Part shown: positions 1 through 12,170 of the stretch, in pieces
Layout of the letters: each line of letters begins with the position of its first letter
How positions within the stretch are numbered: position 1 is the first letter of the stretch
NCBI RefSeq assembly: GCF_006345805.1
Contig: NC_043011.1
Coordinates: 20,534,464-20,598,463, forward strand
DNA from: Octopus sinensis
Taxonomy: Eukaryota
Length of the DNA: 64,000 bases
Direction of reading: 5' to 3'
The notes under the pieces: model-generated
What the model was told of the DNA's origin: nothing
Databases searched by the model: none
What the model saw: only the letters and a program-made list of their open reading frames with translations
Translations under genes and position numbers: made by a program

Positions 1-140
1 CCGAAAGTACTCTGGCTGAAATAAGATTAAGATTAACATAAAAAGTAAATAACGCTGAAGCAAAGTAACACCAAATATATAGTGCGTGTGTTTTTATGGG
101 CTAAACTGACAAAATGACCATTCCTAAATACAACAATATA

Positions 141-186
<46 letters not shown>

Positions 187-897
187 TATATATATATTAT
201 ATATATATATATACATATATTGAATGTGTTTGCATGAGTGTGTACATATATATATATGTGTGTATGTATGTATGTTGTATGTATGTATGTATGTATGTAT
301 GTATGTATGTGTGTATGTATGTATGTATGTAATGTATGTATGTATGTATGTATACATATATATGTATGTATATATATTTATTTATATAAATGTATGTATA
401 TATGTATCTTTATATATATATATGTATGTGCGTGTGTGTGTGTAGTTGTTTGTTTTATATTTATATGTTCATGACCATTGTTCGTGTCTGTTTGTAAAAC
501 CAAGTCTATGCTTTGTGCTTTCCATTGTCCAATACAACTCTAACAATCGCAACACACATAAGGGAAAAGATATGAATTGAAACAGGGAAGAAGAATAAAG
601 TAGAACCTGTGTATATGCATTGGTTAATTAATGATAAAACCAGTATGGATTACAACACTTATGACTGATTTATACAACACAATGGCTTATAACACCAGAG
701 GCACATGTATACATTTTTATCACCCATGAATGTACACACACACAACACACACACACACACACACACACACACTCAGTCACAGAAATATACACCGACTTAG
801 TTTCTATTTCATGTTTTAAATTTGGTATCTTCCACTTCTCACCTTCTGTTTTTGGAGGGGTTTTTTGGCTCATTCAACCACTTCATGTTTTATAGAT

Positions 898-1135
898 AAT
901 AATAATAATGAAATTATTGTATACAGTGCTCAGATGCACCACAACTTGTCAAAAGTGCGTATAAAGTATATGCAGTAATGTACAAATGTCTGGAAAGTGA
1001 ACAGTGTATGAGTCAGATACATGCTTGCATGTGTATGGAGGGGAGAAAATCAGGTGTAGTGTTGGCGAATCTCAGGAAGCATGGAAGTTTTGAATGATGC
1101 AGTGCTCTAACAACTAACAACTGATGCCGGCAGTT
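898..1135 (-). mobile_element. CR1-type LINE 3' end fragment
   Basis: Reverse complement of 2196-2432, which continues a CR1-like ORF2 C-terminus and ends in an (ATT)n-like tail. Confidence 0.7.
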
Positions 1136-1235
1136 TGACATCTCTTTCATTTATTATTTACCTCTTCACATCTCTTCTAAATGCTGCAAGTGTAAATTTA
1201 CTCCTTTTTCCATACAGTTATAGAAACCAACGTGC

Positions 1236-1304
<69 letters not shown>

Positions 1305-1558
1305 GTGTGTGTGTGTGTTTGTGTGAGTGTGTGTGTGGTGCAAAACTATAAAGCCAATGTCCAACTTAATATAAAATAAATATGAGCTGTGTTTCAAGGC
1401 ACACGGCTTAGTGGTTAGACTGTAGGGCTTGTGATCATAGGATCGTGGGTTCGATTCATGGACCGGTTGGTGTGTGGTATATTTGAACGGTGCACTTTAT
1501 TTCACTACATTCCATGATACTCTGCTGGCATGAGCACCAGACACATGCTGGTACAGCC

Positions 1559-1597
<39 letters not shown>

Positions 1598-1984
1598 GGT
1601 GACAGTAGAGGTGGTGGTGGCAGTGGGAGTGGCGGTGGCAGTGGTGGAGATGATGGTTTTTTGGCAAATCTGAAGCTACATGACAAGATCAGGCCCATCA
1701 CCCAAGAAGAGATAAAGTTTATTTGATGAATATCCACCCAATTTCACTCAGAGTTTTGGTAGAAGATACTTACCCAAGGTTCCGTGTAGTGAAAATAAAA
1801 TTTGGAACCACAGGATTTCAAAGCAAATTTCCTAACCATGGATTCAAATCTGTACCCAATTTCTTTGCAGCTTGCATCACTATTTATAATTACCTCCCTT
1901 GAGTTATTGTCAACAAGGCAGACTTAGAGACGCTGCATTTCACTAAAGAAATTGAACTTATGACACCTTTCATAACTCAGCCTC

Positions 1985-2432
1985 TTACCATTCTTGTTTA
2001 GTCCACAACTGTAAAGTGAAACACCTGACAATTTTCTATTGTGTATAATTAACCATCTTACAAACAATAACTCTGATCACCTTTTCAAACTCCACCAGTC
2101 TAACACCAATGGACATGTTTACAAAGTCAGAAAACAGCACAGCTCCCATGACTTTCGGAAACATTTTTTCACGCTAAGAGTCGCTGAAGCATGGAACAAA
2201 CTGCCGGTATCAGTTGTTAGTTGTCGGAGTACTGCATCCTTCAAAACTACAATACTTCCTGAGATTTGCCAACACTACACCTGATTTTTCTCCCCTCCAT
2301 ACACACACAAGCATGTATCTGACTCATACACTGTTCGCTTTCCAGACATTTATACATTGCTGCATATACTTTATACGCACTTTTGACAAGTTGTGGTGCA
2401 CCTGAGCACTATATACAATAATTTCATTATTA
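1985..2432 (+). mobile_element. CR1-type LINE 3' end (ORF2 C-terminus plus 3' UTR)
   Basis: Translation KVRKQHSSHDFRKHFFTLRVAEAWNKLP resembles the CR1/L2-group terminal motif RxxFFSxRVVxxWNxLP. Start coordinate approximate. Confidence 0.75.
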
Positions 2433-3318
2433 TAAGATTTTTAACTGTTCGAACACCAGATATCCTTCAGACCACTTGTAGATTTCTGGCACAAGAGAGT
2501 TGATATTCAAACCAAAACCTAACATCATACATTTATGCAAGGACCTTTTGTTCAGTTAAGTTCCAAACACCAGTTTACCAACCTTATAATTAATAAGTAT
2601 GTCATTTTACTAAATTTCTCTAAATTGCTAATATTAAAAGTTAATTGAAATATACACACACTGGTTTTCTTAAGAAATAAAATCACAAAAAGTTGAAGGC
2701 TTTGAGTGCCGTATGTACTTTTTTAGCGTTTCTTGTGTTTGGATTACAAGTCACCTTCAGAAATTACTATCATTAACGTCTGTTTTCTATGCTAGCATGG
2801 GTTAGACAGTTTGACTGGAATTGGTAAACCAGAGAGTTGCACCAGGCTCCAAACAGAGTACAAGACATACAACACAAGGAAAATTCTCCTTCTTCAGCCG
2901 CCCATGCTTTGTCTATGTGTTCAACGTTTTTTTGGTGTCCTGTACCCATATATGCATGTATATATACATATAGATGTAGGTACGTACATAAATATATGTA
3001 TATATGTATATGTTTTATTTATTATTTTGTTATTATATGATCGAACGCCACTCATCCACTTCCAAGTAAGTTTTATCTTATATTTATATACATATTCACA
3101 TATATATACACTCACACTAACATATGCATACACTCACGCTAACATTCTAACAGATATACACATATATTCATATACATGCTCACATACATACATGCTTATA
3201 TATATACACCTTAACATTTTTATATACATGCTAGCATATATATTTATATATATGCTAACATATATACTTATATACATACTCATGTGTAAACTAGCAAAGA
3301 GAAATAATAAACACTTAC

Positions 3319-3417
3319 CCTAAAGCTTCTGATATACTACGAGTGGAATGGTCTCCAAGAAAAACATGACAGGCAAACCTATATTCTCTTGGATGCTTCG
3401 TTATGAAGGCAAAATAA
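3319..3417 (-). CDS. MAPK8IP1: JIP1 coding exon I, PTB (99 nt, phase 2/2); the terminal exon must follow downstream
   Basis: gtttcag|T TAT TTT ... TTA GG|gtaagt. YFAFITKHPREYRFACHVFLGDHSTRSISEALG matches JIP1 [33 protein letters not shown]. Confidence 0.96.
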
Positions 3418-3624
3418 CTGAAACAACACAAATCAGGAAATATATTTATCAAAATGGTTAATCTAGGGTTGAATGACAAATACAGGCTTGCATTTAAACA
3501 AAGCACGTATATCATCTACAAATAAATCTTTTCTTAAAGAAAAGAATATACATAGATGATATAGGGAGAATCTCCTAATATAATAATGAGTATAGTGTTT
3601 AGATCATCAGAGGCATCGACTGAC

Positions 3625-4200
3625 AAGACAGCGTCAACATCAATGACGAGCTCCTCACCCACTTCCGTTTCGCTGACGACATCGTACTCATCGCTGAAAC
3701 CATGGATCAGCTTCAGACCATGCTGACAGAGCTCGACATCAAAAGCTCTGCAGTAGGTCTCAAGATGAACCGCATGAAAACGAAGTTCATGCGGTCAGAC
3801 ATCATACCAACAGGTCGAATGGTGATAGGCAGTGATGAAATAGAGAAGGTAAAGGAATATGTCTACCTGGGACAGTGAATATGTGCCAAGATATCGAAAA
3901 GGAGATCTCACGGAGAGTAAAGGCCGGATGGAAGACATTTAATGGCATAAGGGATGTGCTCAAGGGAAGGTTGGACAGGACCACCCACGCCAACCTCATC
4001 AACAGTACAGTTCTACCTGCAATGTTATATGGTAGTAAAACATGGGCTACCACAAAGAGAGAAGAGCAGAGACTGGTAACGGCTCAAAGAGCCATGGAAA
4101 GGTCAATGCTTGAGAAAGGCACGATCTATGGAGGAGTGGACAGTGTGCTGTGACCAGTGGTGTCAAATGGGCGCCCGACGGACTGGACAGTCAAGGTGAT
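3625..4200 (+). mobile_element. RTE-clade LINE reverse transcriptase remnant
   Basis: Reads NINDELLTHFRFADDIVLIAETMDQLQTML...GLKMNRMKTKFM...EYVYLGQ*...VLPAMLYGSKTW. Contains the FADD catalytic motif and is disrupted by stops. Confidence 0.9.
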
Positions 4201-5302
4201 CAAGGTGATATATATATATATATATTTGTCCAGAATCACGCTGGTAGCTGAGAAGGAGAGAAAATAGTAATTCAGTGTAGGAGAAGTAGTGAGAGTAATA
4301 GCCCTGGCTGAGAGGGAGTGAGAGAAAGTAATAGCAATGAGAGAAAGGAAGGGGTGATAGATGAATAAGGAAAGAAGGGGTGAAAAAAATAGTTTCAACT
4401 CTGTGTGAGTATATGTGTGTATGTGTGTGCGTGTACAACGGAAGTATATGAATGTTTGCATGTGTGATTATTTTGTACCTTATTCATATATAAAATACTA
4501 CAATTAGCTGTCAATATTGACAGTAAGTGGGCAGCTAGTAACAAAATAAAGAGCATATGAAAGGGAACAAAAATGTGAGTATTTGTCAGTATTTGAACCC
4601 ACACCCTCTAGTTGATGTCTTATTTTGAATAAAATAATAAGTTAAAGGTATATCTTGAGACATTCAGTTACTCTTTAGCATTCAGTTACTCTGTCAAATG
4701 TAATTCTTATTTATTCACATTATGTTTAATTAATTATGTATTATCTTGTATCTCTGAGATTTCCATGATGTGGTTGTATATTTTTAGAATGACATTGTGG
4801 GGTAGGTGTGAGAGATCAGATCTGGCTGGCTTGAATGTAAAACAAGTAGAATATTTTGGCTGGAAATGGCCAATTTCAAATCGTAAAGGGTTAAGCAACT
4901 GAGAGTACAAGACCCACTGGAGAGGATGCTAGTCTGTCAGAGGAATAACTTCCCACTCATCCCCAGTACATTCCTGGTACTGATTTTCAGTAGAGTGAAC
5001 AGGAGAAATGTGAAATGAAGTGCTTTTACTCAAAACACAAAGCAATGTCTCATCCAGAAATCAAACACAGAATTTACAATTGTGTGTCCAACACCCTTAC
5101 CATCGGACTACACACCTTCATTTGAGGTAATTACTATTTTATTATAAGTCATCCACAAAATACATTGCTACATGTTACCCTTTATTTCCTTATTTTTGTT
5201 TTTACCAGTTGGAGGAAAATTTGCTCTCATATTGAGGAGGAGGAGGAGGAGGAGGATAGACATACAAAAAGAGAAATAGAAAGAGAGAAAGAACCAACTC
5301 AC

Positions 5303-5382
5303 TTTTCATTTCTTGGATGATATCCACAGTAGGAGATATTTTTGAGTGCGAAGAAGTTTGAAAAATTAGCGTCACTTTCGTG
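5303..5382 (-). CDS. MAPK8IP1: JIP1 coding exon H, PTB (80 nt, phase 0 in, phase 2 out)
   Basis: atttcag|CAC GAA ... GAA AA|gtgagt. NFFALKNISYCGYHPRNE matches JIP1 HFFQLKNISFCGYHPKNN. Confidence 0.96.
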
Positions 5383-5470
5383 CTGAAATTATAAAGAGAT
5401 ATCACATTGATATTAATATGGTGTATCATATTTAGTGTGTGCGGGCATGTGTGTGTGTAAAATAGTGAAA

Positions 5471-6275
5471 TATCAGGTCATCCCATAAGTTCTGTTCGAT
5501 TTTACCTTTTCTAAAATTGAATGAAATTTAATAGTGTTTTAGAACTCAACTGTACATAGAATTAAAAATTATTTTTATGCATTTGTGTACATTTAAACTA
5601 ATTAAATATTATTTTACAGAATAATAGAATTAAAATTTCTTTGATTGAAGCCCTTTCTAACATGGAAGTATCCAAAGAGCATTTAAGGTACATAATACTT
5701 TAGGAGTACAAAAAAGGAAACTCTGCAGCCAAAGCGCCTCAAAACATACACTCAGTTTATGGGAAAAAATGCTTGAATGAAAGAACTTGCAGAAGATGGT
5801 TTGCAAAATTCAGAAGTGGAGAGTTCAGTCTTGAAGATCGAACAGGACATCCAGTTGAGTTTGATGATAAGCTCCTTGAGGCATTACTTGAAGAAAATCC
5901 TGCATTATCAGTTGAAGAATTGGCAATAAAGCTTAGTTCAAACCATACAACTGTTCATCATCATCTTCAACAACTTGGAAAATGGGTGCCTCATGAATTG
6001 TCCGAAAGCAACCGCAAATCCCGAGTTGACATCTGCTCTTCTCTCCATTCTCACGAACTCGTTTCACCCTTTTTGGATAGATTTGTGACTGGTGACGAAA
6101 AATGGATTTTCTATTGAAATGTTAAATGTTATAAACAGTGGCTTAGTAAAAGGGAAAGAGCTCAACCACAACCGAGAAGGGAACTTCATGGGAAAAAGGT
6201 TCTTCTCTCTATCTGGTGGGATTGCAAAAGAGTAATTCACTTTGAATTGTTACCACCTAATGTAACAATCAATGC
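5471..6275 (+). mobile_element. mariner (DD34D) transposon remnant: left end plus a 3'-truncated, disrupted transposase
   Basis: TA followed by a TCAGGTCATCCCATAAG end. ATG at 5662 gives MEVSKEHLRYIIL*EYKKGNSAA...TCRRWFAKFRSGEFSLED...WVPHELS...DRFVTGDEKWIFY*. WVPHEL and the first catalytic D motif are mariner hallmarks. Confidence 0.92.
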
Positions 6276-6593
6276 TTTGCTTTTTTACCCCCCTTTCTCT
6301 TGTCTTCTAGGATGGTCCTGCGGGTGTCTTCAAAGGTGGTTGTTGCCTGGAGGACATTGAGACCCTAAGCTTAATGGTCAGTAGCAGTGTTGGAGATCAA
6401 GGTGGCAAGAGCTGAGGGATTTCTTTAGGAAGCCTTTGTTTATCTTCTTTGGTGACCAATTATTATATCTGTAAATATCACGTGACCGACTGTCATATGT
6501 CAATGTTGCATAACCTGATTGTTACATGTCAAGTCACATGGTCACCCTTCATAGTTGTCTATGTTACACGATCATTTCAAAATGACAGCTTAC

Positions 6594-6698
6594 CACAGAT
6601 TTACTCTTGTCGATCATGCGAATACCATAGTCACTGATTTCTAAGCAGCAATTCGGGGGAGGTGTTGAGGATAGTGTTTTCCTTCGAGTTAATGCCAC
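6594..6698 (-). CDS. MAPK8IP1: JIP1 coding exon G, PTB (105 nt, phase 0/0)
   Basis: gttacag|GTG GCA ... TCT GTG|gtaagc. VALTRRKTLSSTPPPNCCLEISDYGIRM matches JIP1 [28 protein letters not shown]. Confidence 0.95.
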
Positions 6699-7267
6699 CT
6701 GTAACAGTAGAACAGAGAAATTACAGAATGTATCTACAATAAAGAAGCACAAATGAATATACATATATCAGGTTTATATCTGTAATTATTAGGGCACTAG
6801 GTTATGTAACAAACTGCCTAAATACCAATCTTGAGAAATCAGGCTTCTCAAAACCAGAAAGGAGAAAGCTGATTTGAAGACTACAGCTTCAAGCCATCAG
6901 TGGAACTGTAAAAATCTGTAAAACTTTCCAGAAGTTTATCATTTAAATATATATGAGCATGTCTAGATATGCAAGTATATGCATGAGAAGACACACATTA
7001 AACAAAACATACAAACCTGCATGTATACATACATACAAAAATACCCTGTTGATGTTGTTGAAATTCCAATGAAGGAGCCTTGGATCTAGGTTAGAAACCA
7101 GATCTTCTTCTATTAGCAAGAAATTGTGAAATAAAACTGAATAAGGACATACATACCTGCATACATGCACACATACATATCTACATATATAGATGTATTC
7201 ATGTATGTATGTATGTATGTATGTATGTATGTATGTATGTATGTATGTATGTATGTATGTATGTATG

Positions 7268-7810
7268 TCAGGTCACTTTCGAGAGCTACTGGTAACATGT
7301 AACCCAGTACAATCTGTTGCATGGTTGGGTCGTCAGCAACTAAACTGGCAACCACACCAAACTTGCTTGGTGAGGAGGGTGTTTATTGAACACCCTGCGG
7401 GATGAAAAACAAAACCCGTCAATGGGCGGAGGAACTCTTGAGAGTCAACGGCCATCCAATAAATGTCTTAAGCCTTTATCATGTGCGGGGACATAGAAAT
7501 AATCGGACTGAATACCTGATTACGCAGTTAAACCATTGGGAGTGAAGGACTCCTAGCATCCTTCTAGGAGAAGGTAACTCAGGTAACTGCGATAACTCCG
7601 ACATAAAACCTGCAGCTCAGTGGTTACCGATGATGTTGACTTGTTCTTCTTTTCGGATTATGGCTGCTGTTGCTTAGTGAATGGGATTGACTCAGTGCAC
7701 AGCCTTTCCTCACTTTAAAAAAAAATCTTCTTGCACAGGCATTGCACGACAACAACATTGATTAAGCTTCATGCAATGGCCATACTCGATAATGAGGGTG
7801 CAGCCATCAT
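7268..7810 (+). repeat. unclassified dispersed repeat (possibly an RTE LINE 5' UTR); longest of three copies
   Basis: The core aaaccattgggagtgaaggactcc...ctaggagaaggtaactc...ctcactttaaaa recurs at 15463-15692 and 17241-17540. RTE origin is inferred only. Confidence 0.6.
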
Positions 7811-8048
7811 GTATGTATGTATATATACATATAAATATATACATCAGTACTGACTTCCTCATTTGTAATGCCTTCTCTGTATATTGCAGAAATGTAATTC
7901 TTCTTTTTCCCAAATAAATTGCACTTCATATTCAAGGCTCTGATGAAGCTACAGGTTGTTATTCAGGTACTCCACTATGAGTAAACTACATTGTTTTCCC
8001 TATGTCGTCCCTTTTTCTTATAAATATGTGTGTGTGTGTGTGTGTGTG

Positions 8049-8132
<84 letters not shown>

Positions 8133-8169
8133 CACACGTGCATACATACATATATGCATATAGAGAAAC

Positions 8170-8228
<59 letters not shown>

Positions 8229-8384
8229 CAGACAGATAGACAGGAGGCAGGCAGATGGAGAGACAAGCAACAGATGGACAGACAGACAGACTGACAGATA
8301 GATAGATATACATGCAATAGTAGAATACAGAATTAACAAACAGATTGCAGGGAGGGGATTAGAAGCAGCAACAGCAGAGATGAA

Positions 8385-8850
8385 AGGACGATGGTTATAG
8401 TAACGATGAGGAGGAAGACGATGACGACGATGACAACGCCGACGAAGATGACAACGATGACGATGATGACGACAGCGACAATGACGATGACAACAACGAC
8501 GACGATGATGACAACGAGGAAGACAAGGACGAGGAGGACGAGGAGGACGACGACAATGAGGACGACAACGAGAAGGGGGAGGGGCGGAGGGGCGAGGAGG
8601 AGGAGGAGGAAGAGGTGAGGAGGAGGAGGTGGTGGTGGTGGTGTGTGTGTGGTGGTGGAGGACAACGACAACAACGACGCAGAGGACGATGGGGAGGATG
8701 ACAAGGCGGATGAGAAAGACAAGGAGGACAAGGAGGTGGATGAGGACAATGATGAAGACGAGGTCGAGGATGAGGATGAGGACAAGGATGAGGATAAGGA
8801 GGACGAGGAGGAGGAGGACAAGAAGAAAGACGAGGACAAGGACAAGGAGG
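8385..8850. repeat. degenerate (GAC/GAT/GAG)n trinucleotide tract
   Basis: Direct reading. Explains the poly-D/E, poly-S and poly-T/R ORFs in the track. Confidence 0.9.
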
Positions 8851-8862
8851 ATATCATCTTAC

Positions 8863-8960
8863 CTTATTTATAGCTTGGCATAACACTTCAGTTCCTTTGT
8901 GACAATTGACCTCCAGGGAGCCAAGGAACTTCACCTGGAATTTCTTACAGCTGTCATCAT
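8863..8960 (-). CDS. MAPK8IP1: JIP1 coding exon F, PTB start (98 nt, phase 1 in, phase 0 out)
   Basis: tttacag|AT GAT ... AAT AAG|gtaaga. KFQVKFLGSLEVNCHKGTEVLCQAINK matches JIP1 [27 protein letters not shown]. Confidence 0.96.
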
Positions 8961-9267
8961 CTGTAAAGACAAAAGAACAAGACACACATTTGAGAGACAT
9001 GATGACAATCAGATAATATTCAAGTCAACAAGATTAATTCTATGAGATCACCTAATTGGCTAGAAATAACAGCCAAATTCCCTTCAAACCTGAAATAGCA
9101 TCCTAATGTCTAAAAAGAGGACGAACAAATCGGATGATATGATTATGAATGCACACAGCATGAAAGAAAAGAGATGGGATGGGCAAGTCTTGGACATCTT
9201 TCCCTTTAGGTTTAGTTAAATCAAGGGATGAAACAGCTAAACCAGAACAACAGCAACGACAAACAAT

Positions 9268-9358
9268 ATTCTTCTTCTTCTTCTTCTTCTTCTTCTTCTT
9301 CTTCTTCTTCTTCTTCTTCTTCTTCTTCTTCTTCTTCTTCTTCTTCTTCTTCTTCTTC
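9268..9358. repeat. (TTC)n microsatellite
   Basis: Uninterrupted ttc repeats. Confidence 0.95.
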
Positions 9359-9653
9359 TCTTTACCTGTCAAGTTTTCCATCATTCCTTCTACCATCTGC
9401 TCACTTTCTATATCTCTACTATATTATCACATTACCTTTCTATTGTGAAGCTTTATCATCCCTTTTATTCTCTCTCCCCTCTATTTAGGGGGCTATCTCT
9501 TCCACTCTCACTATTTTCCCCATTCCTATATTTTATTGTCTGGTTGTATGATTACTTTCTGTCTCTTTACAATACCATCTTTCTCTTTCTTTCCCCTTAT
9601 TCTGCACAGCCACTGCTTTCTCCTTCCAGCTTGACAGAAAGAGGAAAACCAAC

Positions 9654-10060
9654 TCTTTTACTCTTTTACTCTTTTACTTGTTTCAGTCATTTGACTGCGG
9701 CCATGCTGGAGCACCGCCTTTAGTCGAGCAAATCGACCCCGGGACTTATTCTTTGTAAGCTCAGTACTTATTCTATCGGTCTCTTTTGCCGAACCGCTAA
9801 GTGACGGGGACGTAAACACACCAGCATCGGTTGTCAAGCAATGCTAGGGGGACAAACACAGACACACAACACACACACATACATATATATATATACATAT
9901 ATACGACAGGCTTCTTTCTGTTTCCGTCTACCAAATCTGCTCACAAGGCATTGGTCGGCCCGGGGCTATAGCAGAAGACACTTGCCCAAGATGCCACGCA
10001 GTGGGACTGAACCCGGAACCATGTGGTTGGTTAGCAAGCTACTTACCACACAGCCACTCC
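9654..10060 (-). mobile_element. SINE family A, full-length copy
   Basis: Reverse complement of the consensus ggagtggctgtgtggtaag...ggttccgggttcagtccc (Pol III box-like head)...central (TA/TG)n...ccagcatggccgcagtcaaatgactgaaacaagtaaaagag tail. About 15 copies occur in the window. Confidence 0.88.
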
Positions 10061-10505
10061 TTTTAACAAAAAAAAAACACAACACCTAACTTGAAGTTTT
10101 ATTTATTGATCTGTTCATATCTACTTCTAAGCTGCAAAGGTTTGCTTTGGTTTATTTCAGAAGTTTCAATAGCAAGTTAGTTGTAATGTTTGCTAGGCCC
10201 TGATTCAACCCACCTCTTTTAATCAAACTGGCTTCTCTATTGGAATAGCAATAACCAGGGGAGGGGGGTCAGCTGGTTTTTCTGAGAAAGAGACACATGA
10301 ACACCGGTATTCAACGGATACTTTATTTTATTGTCTCTACAAGGATGAAAGGAAAACTTGAGCATGACAGGATTTTTAAGTCTGAAGGCTAAGAAGCAGT
10401 ACAAACAGCACAAAGCTATTTGGTGGTCTAATAAGTCAACCAATTGCTACCTTAATAAAAGGGAGTATGCAGCAATCATGATTTCTTTGATTGGTATGAA
10501 TCAAA

Positions 10506-10947
10506 GGATCTTTTCGGTTTGAACTGCAGTTTTTCTAGCGGTGTCATATGAAATTGTCACCCATAATTATGACCCTAGTATCGATCTATTGCATTTCAAT
10601 CTGTTTTAGAGTTAGGGTTAGTTAGGGTTAGGGTTAGGGTTAGAGTTAGGGGTGGGGGAAGGGTATCTTTTTTCTTTACAAATGTAAATAAACCCAATCT
10701 GTTTCTTAAACGAGGGACATATTCATACGGCACAGAATGTTTTCACCTCAATAGACATCATTGATTGGTTGAAATTGCAGAAATTGAAGAAAAGAAACAA
10801 CAAATATCTTACAAACTATAGAATTTTCTCAATAAAGCCAAGAGAAAAAGATGTATTATAAACACATTCTACCTGTATACGAAGTTTAAAAGTGTTTAGT
10901 TACGTGGAAATTATTTTTAAAAACTGCTGTTCAAATCGAAAAGATTC
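10506..10947. mobile_element. MITE with ~29-bp TIRs, 8-bp TSD GAATCAAA and an internal (TTAGGG)n tract; Merlin-like
   Basis: Left end GGATCTTTTCGGTTTGAACTGCAGTTTTT; right end reverse complement GAATCTTTTCGATTTGAACAGCAGTTTTT. GAATCAAA at 10498-10505 and 10948-10955. Confidence 0.8.
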
Positions 10948-11190
10948 GAATCAAATGTTAATCAAGAAATAATTAGAGCAGTAAGCATAACTAGCATAAC
11001 AGTCCACCCCAGGTGGTGCTTTTATGTGGATAGCACTTTTGGGCCTGTTGTATAAGTCTGCTGTATGAGTTTGCTTTATACCCTGGGGGAAGTTGAGGGC
11101 TAGTAAAGTAAAGGGATGCTCTGAGTGGCACACACTGTAGTAGCACCACTGAATAAGATCTGAATAATAAAAATGTAAGTCAATATTTAC

Positions 11191-11268
11191 CATCTTCTTC
11201 TAAGAAGTGTAAGTCTGTAGCATACATTGATGGAAATATACCTTTCTTGCCGGTTCTTAGATTCACAC
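11191..11268 (-). CDS. MAPK8IP1: JIP1 coding exon E, SH3 C-terminal part (78 nt, phase 1/1)
   Basis: ttttcag|GT GTG AAT ... GAT G|gtaaat. GVNLRTGKKGIFPSMYATDLHFLEED matches JIP1 NMRTGARGVFPAYYA. Confidence 0.95.
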
Positions 11269-11844
11269 CTGAAAATTGAAAGTAAAATCTGTTAAATGTC
11301 ATCATCTAAACAATTGATGGAATGAACACTCTGAATGCAGTTTAATAAACACCGAAAATAAAGAATTGTTGGATCTGGAGAAAGATTGCAATGCCCTTAG
11401 CCTTTGCAAGACCTCTGAGATGGGTCAATGTTATTTTGTAAATATCAAGCTTAAACTACTGCAAGTCAAAGTATGTAGGAAAGCTGTCCAAAGGGAATAC
11501 TGTTCGGGGGTAGAAGATCTGAGCAGAGTGATGTGTGGGGGGATTTGGATGCTGAACACAACACGGATTATGAATAAAATTGAGACAATGAGTTTATGGA
11601 GCCTTGGCAGAGATAGAATGAGACCAGCCAGCTCCATAGGACAGTGGCCGTAAAAGTAGCAATAGAAAAGGAAGAGAAAGGGGATAGCATTCTTGTGGGC
11701 AATGTGATTCTGTGTCTTTCACTTGAGTGGCCCTTTTGAGTAGCCCTTTTATGAATACAGTCTAGATGTTTGAGCAGCAGCAGCAGAAATGTATATGTGC
11801 ACAGTTTCTGTCAAACAGAATTACTCACAAGTAACTGATCACCC

Positions 11845-12170
11845 GGGTCTTTTTTTTTTTTATTTATGCACCCTTTTCAAGCCTAGCCAGACCCCATGGG
11901 CCTGGTTTCCCGGTTTCTGTGGTGCATGTGTTCAACCCCAGCTGGACAGGATGCTATTCCATCGCAGCATTACTCAAGAAACAGAAACAGTGAGAGAAAG
12001 CTGGGGCTAAAGAGTACAACAGGGGTCGCCACCACCCCCTGCCAGAGCCTCATGGAGCTTTTAGGTGTTATCGCTCAATAAACACATACAACGCCCAGTC
12101 TGGGAATCAAAACCACGATCCTCCGACCGCGAGTCTGCTGCCCTAACCACTGGGCCATTGCATCTCCACA
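11845..12170 (-). mobile_element. SINE family C (tRNA-derived head)
   Basis: Reverse complement of the ggaggcgcaatggcccagtggttagggcagc...tcgattcc head, also seen at 21457. Confidence 0.8.

Noticed and set aside
114-474. Numerous YI/VC/HT/poly-residue ORFs here and throughout the track
   Set aside because: They are translations of (TA)n, (TG)n, (TATG)n and trinucleotide microsatellites, with no domain signal.
670-873. ORF MSQKTPPKTEGEKWK... as a candidate JIP1 terminal exon
   Set aside because: No AF..FY or PTEDIYLE-like motif and no suitable phase-2 acceptor.
7930-7995. CTGATGA hammerhead core-like motif (similar hits near 3604 and 44490 on the minus strand)
   Set aside because: No correctly placed GAAA, stem III or stem I. 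Cannot be folded into a hammerhead.
10606-10651. TTAGGG tract as a telomere or chromosome-fusion scar
   Set aside because: Short, imperfect and wholly enclosed within a TIR/TSD-bounded element.
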